Both the position numbers and the translations under genes were made by a program. Positions 24,699 to 32,910 of a stretch of 33,848 bases of DNA are shown piece by piece; position 1 is the stretch's first letter; each line of letters opens with the position of its first letter. The notes under the pieces are model-generated. The model did no database searches. It worked only from the letters and a program-made list of their open reading frames with translations, and was not told where the DNA came from. Source of the DNA: Candidatus Competibacteraceae bacterium (lineage in GTDB: Bacteria > Pseudomonadota > Gammaproteobacteria > Competibacterales > Competibacteraceae); assembly GCA_036796235.1 (NCBI GenBank), contig DAIRDI010000001.1, forward strand, positions 1-33,848, written 5' to 3'.

Positions 24699-26333
24699 CT
24701 AGGCGGTATAACCCGGAATCTGGTCGACCTCCACGGCGTCGAGTTGCTCCGGTTGCAGGTATTGCCGGGCGTAGTTTAGCCAGATGCCCTCGCGAACGAA
24801 CACGTCGAAGAGGTCGGGGTCGATCTTTCGATCGATCGCCATCCGGCCGAGAATCGCCAGCACTTCGCTCAACGGCTTGCCGGGTTTATAAGGTCGGTCG
24901 CGAGCGGTCAGGGCTTCGAAGATATCGGCCAGACCGATGATGCGGGCCGGCATGGATAAAGTCCGCTCGTCCAAACCGCGGTGGTAGCCGCTGCCGTCGA
25001 GCTTTTCGTGATGGCTCCCGGCATATTCGGGTACGTTGCGCAGGTTTTTAAGCCAAGGCAAGGTATTCAGCATCCGCAGGGTCAAGGCGACGTGTTCCTC
25101 GATAATAGCGTGCTCCTGAGGATTGAGGGTGCCTCGGGCGATACACAGATTGCCGACTTCGTCCTCGGACAGGAAAGCGCATTCCCGGCCCTCCGATCCG
25201 ATCCAGCGGTAGCCGGCAATCTGGCGAACCCGATCCTGATCCTCGGGGCGCATGAATTCGCCGCCGATATTGCAGTGGCGCAGGTGTTCCCGATCGGCGT
25301 CCAGCCTGGCCAGCCGCTCGCGGAATCGCTGCTCCAAACCCGGTAACTCGGCGGTGTCGCCGCGCTCCACGGCCGCCAGTTGCGCTTGCAGCCATTCGAT
25401 CCGGGCATCGCGTTTGAGCACTTCAAAGCGGGTATCCACCAGTTCGATGCGATCGAACAGTGTCTCCAGCTTGGTGGCTTTGTCCACCACATGCACCGGT
25501 GTGGCGATTTTGCCGCAATCGTGCAACAGTCCAGCGATTTTGAGTTCGAAGAGTTCCTCGTCCGTGGGGCGAAAGTCTTTCAAACGCCCTCGCTCGGAGC
25601 GGCGGGCGGCCTCGGCGATCATCATGGTCAGAACGGGCACTCGCTGACAGTGAGCGCCCGTGTAGGGAGATTTATGGTCGATCGCGGTGTTGATCAGTTC
25701 GATCAGCGCTTCGAATAGATGCCGGAGCTGACCGATCAAGTGATGGTTGGTCAGAGCGATGGCCGCTTGGGAGGCCAAGGATTCCGCGAGTTGGCGGTCG
25801 GTCGTCGAAAAGGCGCGCACCGCTCCGGTCTCCGGGTCGAGCGCGTTGATGAGTTGGAACACCCCGATGATTTCGTCGTCGTGATTCTTCATCGGCACGG
25901 TCAGGAAGGAGCGGGAGTGGTAACCGGTTTTCCGGTCGAAGCGGTGCGTCCCGGAAAAGTCAAAGTTGGAGTCCGCGTAGGCGTCGTCGATCAGGACGGT
26001 CGTATCATGCAGCACCGCATAGGTCACCACCATGCCGGTATTGGGCTGACCGAGCGAGTCGTACAGTGGGATGGGCGCAAAAGGGATAGGCACGCCCGAC
26101 CCTCCACCCATGAACAACTGGAGCGAATCGTTGTGGAGAACCTCGAAACAGAGTTGATGACGATCCTCGTCCAGCCGATACAACGTACCGCCATCGGCAT
26201 TTAGCAAGCGCTTGGCCGCAAGCAGGATCATTTCCAGCAACTTCGGCGTATCCCGCTCTCTGGACAGGGCGATGCCGATCCGGTTGAGTTGCTCCAAACA
26301 CCGCAGGGGATCGTTGGAGTGGGATGGGGGCAT
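24699..26333 (-). CDS. GAF domain / HD-GYP-type phosphohydrolase
   Basis: 544 aa. N-terminal GAF-like region. The HD domain has LLHDCGKIATP, then an insert of about 100 aa, then SHHEKLDGSGYHRGL (GYP reads GYH) and GLADIFEALTARDRPYK. AAGGA SD lies 6 nt upstream. Confidence 0.9.
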   Translation of the reverse strand: MPPSHSNDPLRCLEQLNRIGIALSRERDTPKLLEMILLAAKRLLNADGGTLYRLDEDRHQLCFEVLHNDSLQLFMGGGSGVPIPFAPIPLYDSLGQPNTGMVVTYAVLHDTTVLIDDAYADSNFDFSGTHRFDRKTGYHSRSFLTVPMKNHDDEIIGVFQLINALDPETGAVRAFSTTDRQLAESLASQAAIALTNHHLIGQLRHLFEALIELINTAIDHKSPYTGAHCQRVPVLTMMIAEAARRSERGRLKDFRPTDEELFELKIAGLLHDCGKIATPVHVVDKATKLETLFDRIELVDTRFEVLKRDARIEWLQAQLAAVERGDTAELPGLEQRFRERLARLDADREHLRHCNIGGEFMRPEDQDRVRQIAGYRWIGSEGRECAFLSEDEVGNLCIARGTLNPQEHAIIEEHVALTLRMLNTLPWLKNLRNVPEYAGSHHEKLDGSGYHRGLDERTLSMPARIIGLADIFEALTARDRPYKPGKPLSEVLAILGRMAIDRKIDPDLFDVFVREGIWLNYARQYLQPEQLDAVEVDQIPGYTA

Positions 26334-26431
26334 GAGCAGTCCTTAAAATCTTCCCGAGCAAATTTAAGTAGACGGCGAACTTTGTCATTATAGTCACTGT
26401 GGGCTCTTGGAAGGGAGTTCCGGAGTCGTCA

Positions 26432-26488
26432 TCGAACCACGATGAGTTTCAATCCGATAGCGCGCCATGCGCGACCGTCGTGGTTCGA
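26432..26488. repeat. 11-bp perfect inverted repeat with an inner GC palindrome, in the HD-GYP / mlaA divergent intergenic region
   Basis: TCGAACCACGA (26432-26442) and TCGTGGTTCGA (26478-26488) flank 35 nt that contain GCGCGCCATGCGCG. Located 52 nt upstream of the mlaA ATG. Confidence 0.5.
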
Positions 26489-26539
26489 GTAAGATAGTCG
26501 CCGGCAATTTCGCCCCGGCCCTTTTTCACGACCAGGCTT

Positions 26540-27289
26540 ATGAAGACCTTTCGCCGCCTTGTTCTGATGACCGCCGTAGCCGCCCTGCTGGGAGGATGCG
26601 CCCCGACCCACGAACTTCTGCGCGATGATTCCGACCCACTGGAGGGTTTCAACCGCGCGATGTTCGCCTTCAACGAGGCCGCCGACAAAGCGGTCATCAA
26701 GCCGGTCGCCCGAGCCTACCAGGCGGTTCTCCCCGGCCCGGTTAACGCCGGCATCACTAACTTCTTCAGTAATCTCAATGACGTAGTGGTTCTGGCCAAC
26801 AGCCTGCTGCAATTCAGGCTCCACGATGCCGCCATGAACAGCAGTCGGATCGTGTTCAACACTACTTTCGGTGTGCTGGGGTTGATCGATGTGGCCAGCC
26901 ACATGGAGCTCCCCAAACAATATAAGGACTTTGGCCAAACATTGGGTCGCTGGGGATTCAGCGAAGGCTATTTCATCGTACTGCCGCTCCTGGGGCCGAG
27001 TACGGTGCGCGATACCTTCGGACTGGTCGGGAATTTCTATGTCAACCCCATTACGTGGGCGACCGATTCCAGCACGGTCCAGTGGAGCTTGTGGGGGCTG
27101 GATTTGATCGACCGCCGGGCCGGGTTGTTGCGGATCGAACGGGCCTTTGCCGATGCGCAGATCGATCCCTACTCCTTCCAGCGCAGCGCCTACCTGCAGC
27201 GTCGCCGCAGCCTGGTTCACGACGGCAGTCCGCCCCCGGAATTTGATTTCGACTTCGACGACCTTGAAGAAGATCAGTCGCCGCCATGA
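26540..27289 (+). CDS. mlaA: Outer-membrane lipoprotein MlaA/VacJ
   Basis: 249 aa. Lipobox LLGGC, DPLEGFNRAMFAFN, FFSNLND, GPSTVRD. The C-terminus is acidic. Confidence 0.9.
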   Translation: MKTFRRLVLMTAVAALLGGCAPTHELLRDDSDPLEGFNRAMFAFNEAADKAVIKPVARAYQAVLPGPVNAGITNFFSNLNDVVVLANSLLQFRLHDAAMNSSRIVFNTTFGVLGLIDVASHMELPKQYKDFGQTLGRWGFSEGYFIVLPLLGPSTVRDTFGLVGNFYVNPITWATDSSTVQWSLWGLDLIDRRAGLLRIERAFADAQIDPYSFQRSAYLQRRRSLVHDGSPPPEFDFDFDDLEEDQSPP

Positions 27290-27516
27290 GTGCTCCCTGG
27301 GTGACGCTGACGGTCTTCGATGCCTTGCCGCACGCGGAAATCGCGCGCGGGCGGTTGCTGGCGGAGGACGTTCCCTGCCGGTTGGCGGACCGCTCGCTAT
27401 TGCAGATTGGCATCGTCGCTGGCGGGATCGAACTTCAGGTCGCGGAACGGGATCTGGAGCGCGCCCGGACGGTGCTGGCGCAGGATTTTTCCGGGGAACT
27501 CGAGCCGGAATCATGA
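27286..27516 (+). CDS. DUF2007-like small protein (putative signal-transducing fold)
   Basis: 76 aa. WVTLTVFDALPHAEIARGRLLAEDVPCRL...IELQVAERDLERARTVL fits the DUF2007 pattern. It has ATGA overlaps at both ends (with mlaA and the lpxL-family gene). Confidence 0.7.
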   Translation: MSAPWVTLTVFDALPHAEIARGRLLAEDVPCRLADRSLLQIGIVAGGIELQVAERDLERARTVLAQDFSGELEPES

Positions 27517-28394
27517 TTCGGCGGGCGGGGCTGACCGGTTTGTTACGCCTGACCGCAGCGTTGCCGCTGCCGCTGGCGCACCGGATCGGATCGATGCTCG
27601 GCTGGCTGTTGTGGCGCTTCCCGAACAGGTTACGATGGATCGCCGCCCGCAATCTCAGCCTCTGTTTTCCGGAATCGGACTCCATCGAGCGCGAGCGGTT
27701 ATTGCGCCGGAATCTGGTGGAAACAGGCAAGCTGTTTCTGGAGCTGGGTCCGTTGTGGCTATGGCCCGGCGCGCGCGTGTTGGATCTGGTCCGCGCGCCG
27801 GTCGTCGGCGAGGAAGCCTTGAGCGCCGCCGTGCGCCAGCAACGAGGCGCCATTCTGATCACGCCGCACCTGGGGGCCTGGGAGATGGCGGGGCTGTACT
27901 ATTCCAGCCGTTACCCGCTGAACATCCTGTACCGCCCCAGCCGCCTGGGGCTGGACGAACTCAGCCGCCGAGGTCGGGGCCGGCTCGGTGGCAAAGTGGT
28001 CGCCACCGACAGTAGTGGGATAAGGACGCTAGTGGCGGCGCTGCGCAAGGGCGAGGCGCTCGGCATTCTTCCCGATCAGGATCCTGGCGACGAGGGCGGG
28101 GTGTTCGCCCCGTTCTTCGGCATTGCCGCCAGCACCATGACCCTGGTCTCGCGCCTGGCGCTGAAGACCGGCGCGCCGGTTTTCCTGACTTGGGCCGAAC
28201 GGTTGCCGCGCGGTCGGGGGTTCCTCGTCCATTTGCGGGAACTGCCGGAGGTGGCCGGAGCCGCGTCGCTGGGGGAGTCCGTGGCGGCCCTGAACCAGGG
28301 CGTGGAAGCGGCGATCCGCACCTTGCCGGCGCAATATCTGTGGACCTACAAACGCTTCAAGACCCGCCCACCCGACGCGCCCAAGCTGTACTGA
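27513..28394 (+). CDS. Lipid A biosynthesis lauroyl/myristoyl acyltransferase family (LpxL/HtrB-like)
   Basis: 293 aa from MIRRAGLTG. Has NLSLCFPE, the ITPHLGAWE acyltransferase H-x4-E/D motif, ILPDQD and YLWTYKRFK. The track ORF start at 27147 is an upstream extension. Confidence 0.85.
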   Translation: MIRRAGLTGLLRLTAALPLPLAHRIGSMLGWLLWRFPNRLRWIAARNLSLCFPESDSIERERLLRRNLVETGKLFLELGPLWLWPGARVLDLVRAPVVGEEALSAAVRQQRGAILITPHLGAWEMAGLYYSSRYPLNILYRPSRLGLDELSRRGRGRLGGKVVATDSSGIRTLVAALRKGEALGILPDQDPGDEGGVFAPFFGIAASTMTLVSRLALKTGAPVFLTWAERLPRGRGFLVHLRELPEVAGAASLGESVAALNQGVEAAIRTLPAQYLWTYKRFKTRPPDAPKLY

Positions 28395-28454
28395 ACGGAG
28401 AGAGCATGTCACGGGGGCGCGTCTCCCACGAGCTTCCGTATCAACGTTCGGCAT

Positions 28455-28589
28455 TCATTGTGGCCCGGCAGATCTGAGCAGGGTCATGCGCTGACAGCCC
28501 GGACACCAGCCCATTTCCCCACCGCAACTCAGGCAACTCACGTTGTCGAAAGACAGTTGCGCGCCACAATTGCATTGAAAGCGTTTCAT
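28455..28589 (-). CDS. Small zinc-ribbon ORF (44 aa), not in the supplied ORF track; possibly a 5' remnant of a larger zinc-ribbon gene
   Basis: MKRFQCNCGAQLSFDNVSCLSCGGEMGWCPGCQRMTLLRSAGPQ. Cys pairs: CxC, CxxC, CxxC. GAGGAG lies 6 nt upstream of the ATG (28587-28589). It sits 69 nt downstream of the Lpd-like gene on the same strand. Confidence 0.5.
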   Translation of the reverse strand: MKRFQCNCGAQLSFDNVSCLSCGGEMGWCPGCQRMTLLRSAGPQ

Positions 28590-28658
28590 GACGGACTCCT
28601 CGTCGGTAGTGAAGCGGGCCACTTCCGTCTTCGCCGCGGGCTTTGACGCCAGACTCGC

Positions 28659-30086
28659 TCAGTCGAGCGCCTCGGCGCCCAGCCGGCCGCAACGGGCCAG
28701 GTCGGGCGTCCGGTCGTCGGTCAGTTGGCCGGCGGCCTCGCGCAGCGCGCCGCGCAGCCCCTCTTCCACCACCGGGTGATAGAACGGCATCCGCAGCAGC
28801 TCCCGCACCGTCAGTCCCTGCTGGATCGCCAGAGCCAGCAAATGGGCCAGATGTTCGCCGTGCGGGCAACACAACTCGACGCCGAGCAGGCGACCCTGTC
28901 GCGCATCGGCATAGAGTCGAATCAAGCCCCGATCGGCGCCCGCCATCCGCAGCCGGCCCTGGCCTTTCAGGTCGACTTCGCCGACGACCACCTGATCTTG
29001 CTCCAATCCCTCGCAGCAGCGTCCCACCGTGGCGATGTTAGGATCGCTGAACACGATGCCCAGGGGCACGCGCCGGGCGAAGCACTCGGGCGCGTCGAGC
29101 AGGGCGTTGTAACCGGCGATGTAACCTTCATCGGCGGCTTCGTGCAGCAGCGGTCGCATCCCGTTGACGTCGCCGGCGATCGAGATCGCGAACCCCGGAA
29201 TGCGCAGTGTGCCCGGATCGAACGGCGGCCGGCCGCGGTCGTCGAGTGGGATGCCGATGTCCTCCAGCCCCAAGCCGTCCAGATTCGGGCGGCGCCCCAG
29301 CGCGGCGATGACGGCGTCCACCTCTACGCCGGTCGAACCGGCGCTGACCCGGATCGCGCCGTCTGCCGCGCGGCTCAACTCGGCGGGCTGACCGAGATGC
29401 AGGGAGAATTCCTCGGCGAAGATCTCGCCGGCGCGGGCGCTGACCGCCGGGTCGCTCAGACCGGCCACCCGTTCGGCGGCATCGAAGCCGGTCACGGCGA
29501 TCCCCAGCCGGGCGAGCGCCTGGGCCATCTCCACCCCAATCGCCCCCAGTCCGACCACCGCGATGCGGTCGGGCAGGGTCTCCTGTTCGAACAAGTCGTC
29601 GCTGGTCAGGATGCGGTCGCGCAATTCCCGCCAGGGTTGGGGCACGACCGGACGCGAGCCGGTGGCGATGATGATGTGCCGGGCTTGCAGCCGCCGGGCG
29701 CCGACCTCCAGCGTGTCGGGCGCGACGAACCGCGCCCGACCCACGACCACCCGCCCGCCCAGTTCGTCCGTGACTTTCAGCACCCCGTCGACATAGGCAT
29801 CGCGCAGCTTGCGGACGTGCCGCAGCACGGCGGGCCGATCCACCTTCAGCGCCACCGTCCCCGCAATCCCGGCAGCGGCCAGAAAGTCCCGCTGATGCAG
29901 GGCCTTGGCAACCTCGATCAGCGCCTTGGACGGCATGCAGCCGACCCGTGCGCAGGTGGTGCCGAATGGTCCGGCGTCGATCACCACAAAGTTCTCGGTC
30001 GCGCGCCGCACCTCGCGCAGCGCCGCCAGTCCCGCTGTGCCCGCGCCGATGATCGCCACGTCGAAGGATTCGGAAGTCGTCGTCAT
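28659..30086 (-). CDS. Dihydrolipoyl dehydrogenase-family flavoprotein (class I pyridine nucleotide-disulfide oxidoreductase)
   Basis: 475 aa. FAD motif IIGAGTAGLAA, redox disulfide GTTCARVGCMPSK, NAD motif VVGLGAIGVEMA, and a C-terminal FYHPVVEE dyad in the dimerisation domain. Confidence 0.9.
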   Translation of the reverse strand: MTTTSESFDVAIIGAGTAGLAALREVRRATENFVVIDAGPFGTTCARVGCMPSKALIEVAKALHQRDFLAAAGIAGTVALKVDRPAVLRHVRKLRDAYVDGVLKVTDELGGRVVVGRARFVAPDTLEVGARRLQARHIIIATGSRPVVPQPWRELRDRILTSDDLFEQETLPDRIAVVGLGAIGVEMAQALARLGIAVTGFDAAERVAGLSDPAVSARAGEIFAEEFSLHLGQPAELSRAADGAIRVSAGSTGVEVDAVIAALGRRPNLDGLGLEDIGIPLDDRGRPPFDPGTLRIPGFAISIAGDVNGMRPLLHEAADEGYIAGYNALLDAPECFARRVPLGIVFSDPNIATVGRCCEGLEQDQVVVGEVDLKGQGRLRMAGADRGLIRLYADARQGRLLGVELCCPHGEHLAHLLALAIQQGLTVRELLRMPFYHPVVEEGLRGALREAAGQLTDDRTPDLARCGRLGAEALD

Positions 30087-30243
30087 GTTCGAGTCTCCAG
30101 GTGGAAAGTCGCGGTGCGTCCCGGAACCGGCGACGCAATGGAACGCCGGCCCTCGGTTCTTGGGCCGCTTTTGACCGGAATGCCATAGACTGATTTTTGA
30201 CGTCCCGTGATTTGCACCCAGAGGCGTTTTTTTGCACGGCCTC

Positions 30244-30271
30244 TTACAGACTAAGCTATTGAAAGTATAAC
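30244..30271 (+). promoter_or_regulatory. Candidate sigma70 promoter for glgX (TTACAG-16 nt-TATAAC)
   Basis: Hexamers at 30244-30249 and 30266-30271, about 70 nt upstream of the glgX ATG. Pattern match only. Confidence 0.25.
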
Positions 30272-30342
30272 CATCAACCCCGACCTCCCTCCCACAGGGA
30301 GAGGGGAGTTTTCGTGCAACCTCTCAGATAAAGGAGCTTGTG

Positions 30343-32564
30343 ATGCCTCGTCCGCTTTGGCCTGGAAAACCGTTTCCACTCGGTGCCTCCTGGAATGGTA
30401 AGGGCGTCAATTTCGCTCTGTTTGCGGAAAACGCCACGGGGGTCGAACTTTGCCTCTTCGACGCCGACGATCATGAAACCCGGTTGGAACTCACGGAAGT
30501 TAATAAATGCATCTGGCATGGCTATGTCCCGGAGCTCGGACCCGGCCAGCGTTACGGCTTTCGGGTCCACGTTCCCTTCGCACCTCAGGAGGGCCACTGC
30601 TTCAATCCTCACAAACTGCTCATCGACCCCTACGCCAAGGCCATCGACGGCGACATACGCTTCGGTGAGGAAATTTTCGGCTCCCCTGGGAGCAGCCGGA
30701 TGAGGATCTGGGGTTCTCGGAGCTCGACAGCGCGCCGCTGATGCCCAAGGCGGTGGTCATCGACCCGCGCTTCGCCTGGGAAGGCGACGAACTGTTGCGC
30801 GCCCCCTGGCACGAAACGCTGATCTACGAAACGCACGTCAAGGGCTTTACTGTCCGACATCCGGAGATCCCGGAAGAGCAGCGTGGGACTTACGCCGATC
30901 TCGCCCACCCGGCCGCTATCGCCCATCTCCAGGCGCTCGGCGTGACCGCCGTCGAACTGATACCAGTCCATTATTACCTGGCCTTTCCGGGTCATCTGGC
31001 GGGCTTGGGTTTGCGCAACTACTGGGGCTACGATTCACTGAACTTTTTCGCCCCGCATCCCGGCTACAGCGTCAGTGACGGACCCGATCAGGCGGTGCGC
31101 GAATTCAAGACCATGGTCAAGACCCTGCACCGGGCCGGCATCGAAGTCATCCTGGATGTGGTCTACAACCACACCGGCGAAGGCAACCAGATGGGGCCGA
31201 CCCTAAGCCTGCGCGGCGCGGACAACGCCGTCTATTACCGGGTGGTCGAGGATGACCCGCGCCATTACATGGATTTCACCGGTTGCGGCAACTCGCTCAA
31301 CGTCCGCCACCCGCAGGTCCTCAAGCTGATCATGGACAGCCTGCGCTACTGGGTGCAGGAGATGCACGTGGACGGCTTCCGCTTCGACCTGGCCTCGGCG
31401 CTGGCGCGGGAACTGTACGCGGTCGACCGGCTGGCGGCGTTTTTCGACATCATCCATCAGGACCCGGTCCTGTCCGACGTGAAGCTGATCGCCGAACCCT
31501 GGGACGTCGGCGATGGCGGCTATCAGGTCGGCGGATTCCCGCTGCTCTGGTCGGAATGGAACGGGCGCTATCGCGACACGGTGCGCGATTTCTGGCGCGG
31601 CGAGCCGAGCCGGCTGGCCGATTTCGCCTTCCGCCTCACCGGCAGTTCCGATCTCTACCAGTTCGGCGGGCGCAGTCCCAGCGCCAGCATCAACTTCATC
31701 ACCGCCCACGACGGCTTCACCCTGCGCGATCTGGTCAGTTACAACGACAAGCACAACGAAGCCAACGGTGAGGACAACCGCGACGGCGAATCGCACAACC
31801 GCTCGTGGAACTGCGGGGTCGAGGGCGAGACCGACGACCCGGAGATTCTGAGCCTGCGCCTGCGCCAGCAGCGCAATTTCCTAACCACCCTGCTGCTGTC
31901 GAAGGGCGTGCCCATGCTGTTGGCCGGCGATGAAATGGGCCGCACACAGGGCGGCAACAACAACACGTATTGTCAGGATAGCGAACTGTCCTGGATCGAT
32001 TGGGAACTACCCGAGAAAAACTCGGAACTCCTGAAATTCGCTGGCGAACTGGTGGCGTTCCGTCGCGCGCATCCGGTGCTGCGGCGCCGTAAGTGGTTCG
32101 AAGGCCGGTCGATCCACGGTTCCGGCGCGCATGACATTATCTGGTTCAATCCGGACGGCGGCGAGATGACCGAGGAACAATGGCAAGACGGTCTGGCGCG
32201 GGTGATCGGCGTCTTCTTCAACGGCGAGGAAATCGCCACCCTCGGCCCGCGCGGCGAACGGATCATCGACGACAGTTTTATCCTGTTGTTCAACGCTCAT
32301 CACGAGCCGCTGGAATTCGCGCTCCCCGAGTCGGTGCGGGATGGCGCCTGGCGTCTGATCATCGACACCACGCAACCCGGCTTCGTCGACCGCGATCCCT
32401 ATCCCGCGCCCGCGCCCGCGCCGGCGAAGGCCGCGCCAAAGTCCCGGAAGAAGACCGTCGCGCCCCCACCCGCCCCCACGGGACCGACGGTGGCGGAACG
32501 GTCCATCGTGGTCTTGCAACGGCCCCGAAACGCGAAGACTGGGTTGGCGGACTGGCCGAAATGA
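30343..32564 (+). pseudogene. glgX: Glycogen debranching enzyme GlgX, split by a 1-nt frame disruption near 30683-30688 (true pseudogene or homopolymer sequencing error)
   Basis: The N-terminal piece ([23 protein letters not shown]) is in frame 1 and stops at 30741. The rest ([44 protein letters not shown]) is in the -1 frame. Reading ...EEIFGSP then [26 protein letters not shown] across the CCCC run restores a continuous GlgX of about 740 aa. AAGGAG lies 6 nt upstream of the ATG at 30343. Confidence 0.9.
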
Positions 32565-32910
32565 CCGCCGGATGATGGAGCTAAAAACGGAAATCTCGGG
32601 CCGTGCGTTCCGCGACCGCAGGTTTCGTTGGCGAGTGGCTCCCAGCGCCGCAAAGCGCTGGTTGAGGTCCTGCGGCGGATGGCCGTGGAAGAAGGCTCAA
32701 CCCATCGCGTGGAACTCTGATTTTCCTCGTATCCCCCGCCGTCCACCAAAGTGGCGGGAACCTCCCCAACGAAGCCGCGCCCGTCGCGGCCGCGCGGATC
32801 GTAGCAGACGCTCCAGGGATCGAACGGTCCGATGGGTACGGAACGCAAGCGGCATAGTGTTATCCTGTTTGGAACGACCCTGACGACACCGTGCAAGGAG
32901 ACTCTATCCC

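Noticed and set aside
26429-27862. 477-aa ORF antisense to mlaA, DUF2007 and the lpxL-family gene
   Set aside because: It is a shadow ORF opposite three motif-supported genes, with Arg/Pro-rich sequence and no recognisable domains.
28725-30237. ORFs 28725..30188 (+, 487 aa) and 29128..30237 (-, 369 aa) overlapping the Lpd-like gene
   Set aside because: They are antisense or alternate-frame products of a gene that has clear FAD, NAD and redox-disulfide motifs. Both are extremely Arg/Gly/Asp-rich.
30681-30690. Programmed -1 ribosomal frameshift in glgX
   Set aside because: I see no X-XXY-YYZ slippery heptamer and no obvious downstream pseudoknot. A single-base deletion or homopolymer error in the CCCC run is the simpler explanation.
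32800-32880. GGGATCGAACGG motif resembling the reverse complement of a tRNA T-arm
   Set aside because: Neither strand folds into a cloverleaf. T-stem complementarity is absent and no acceptor stem pairs, so this is not a tRNA or a clear tRNA fragment.
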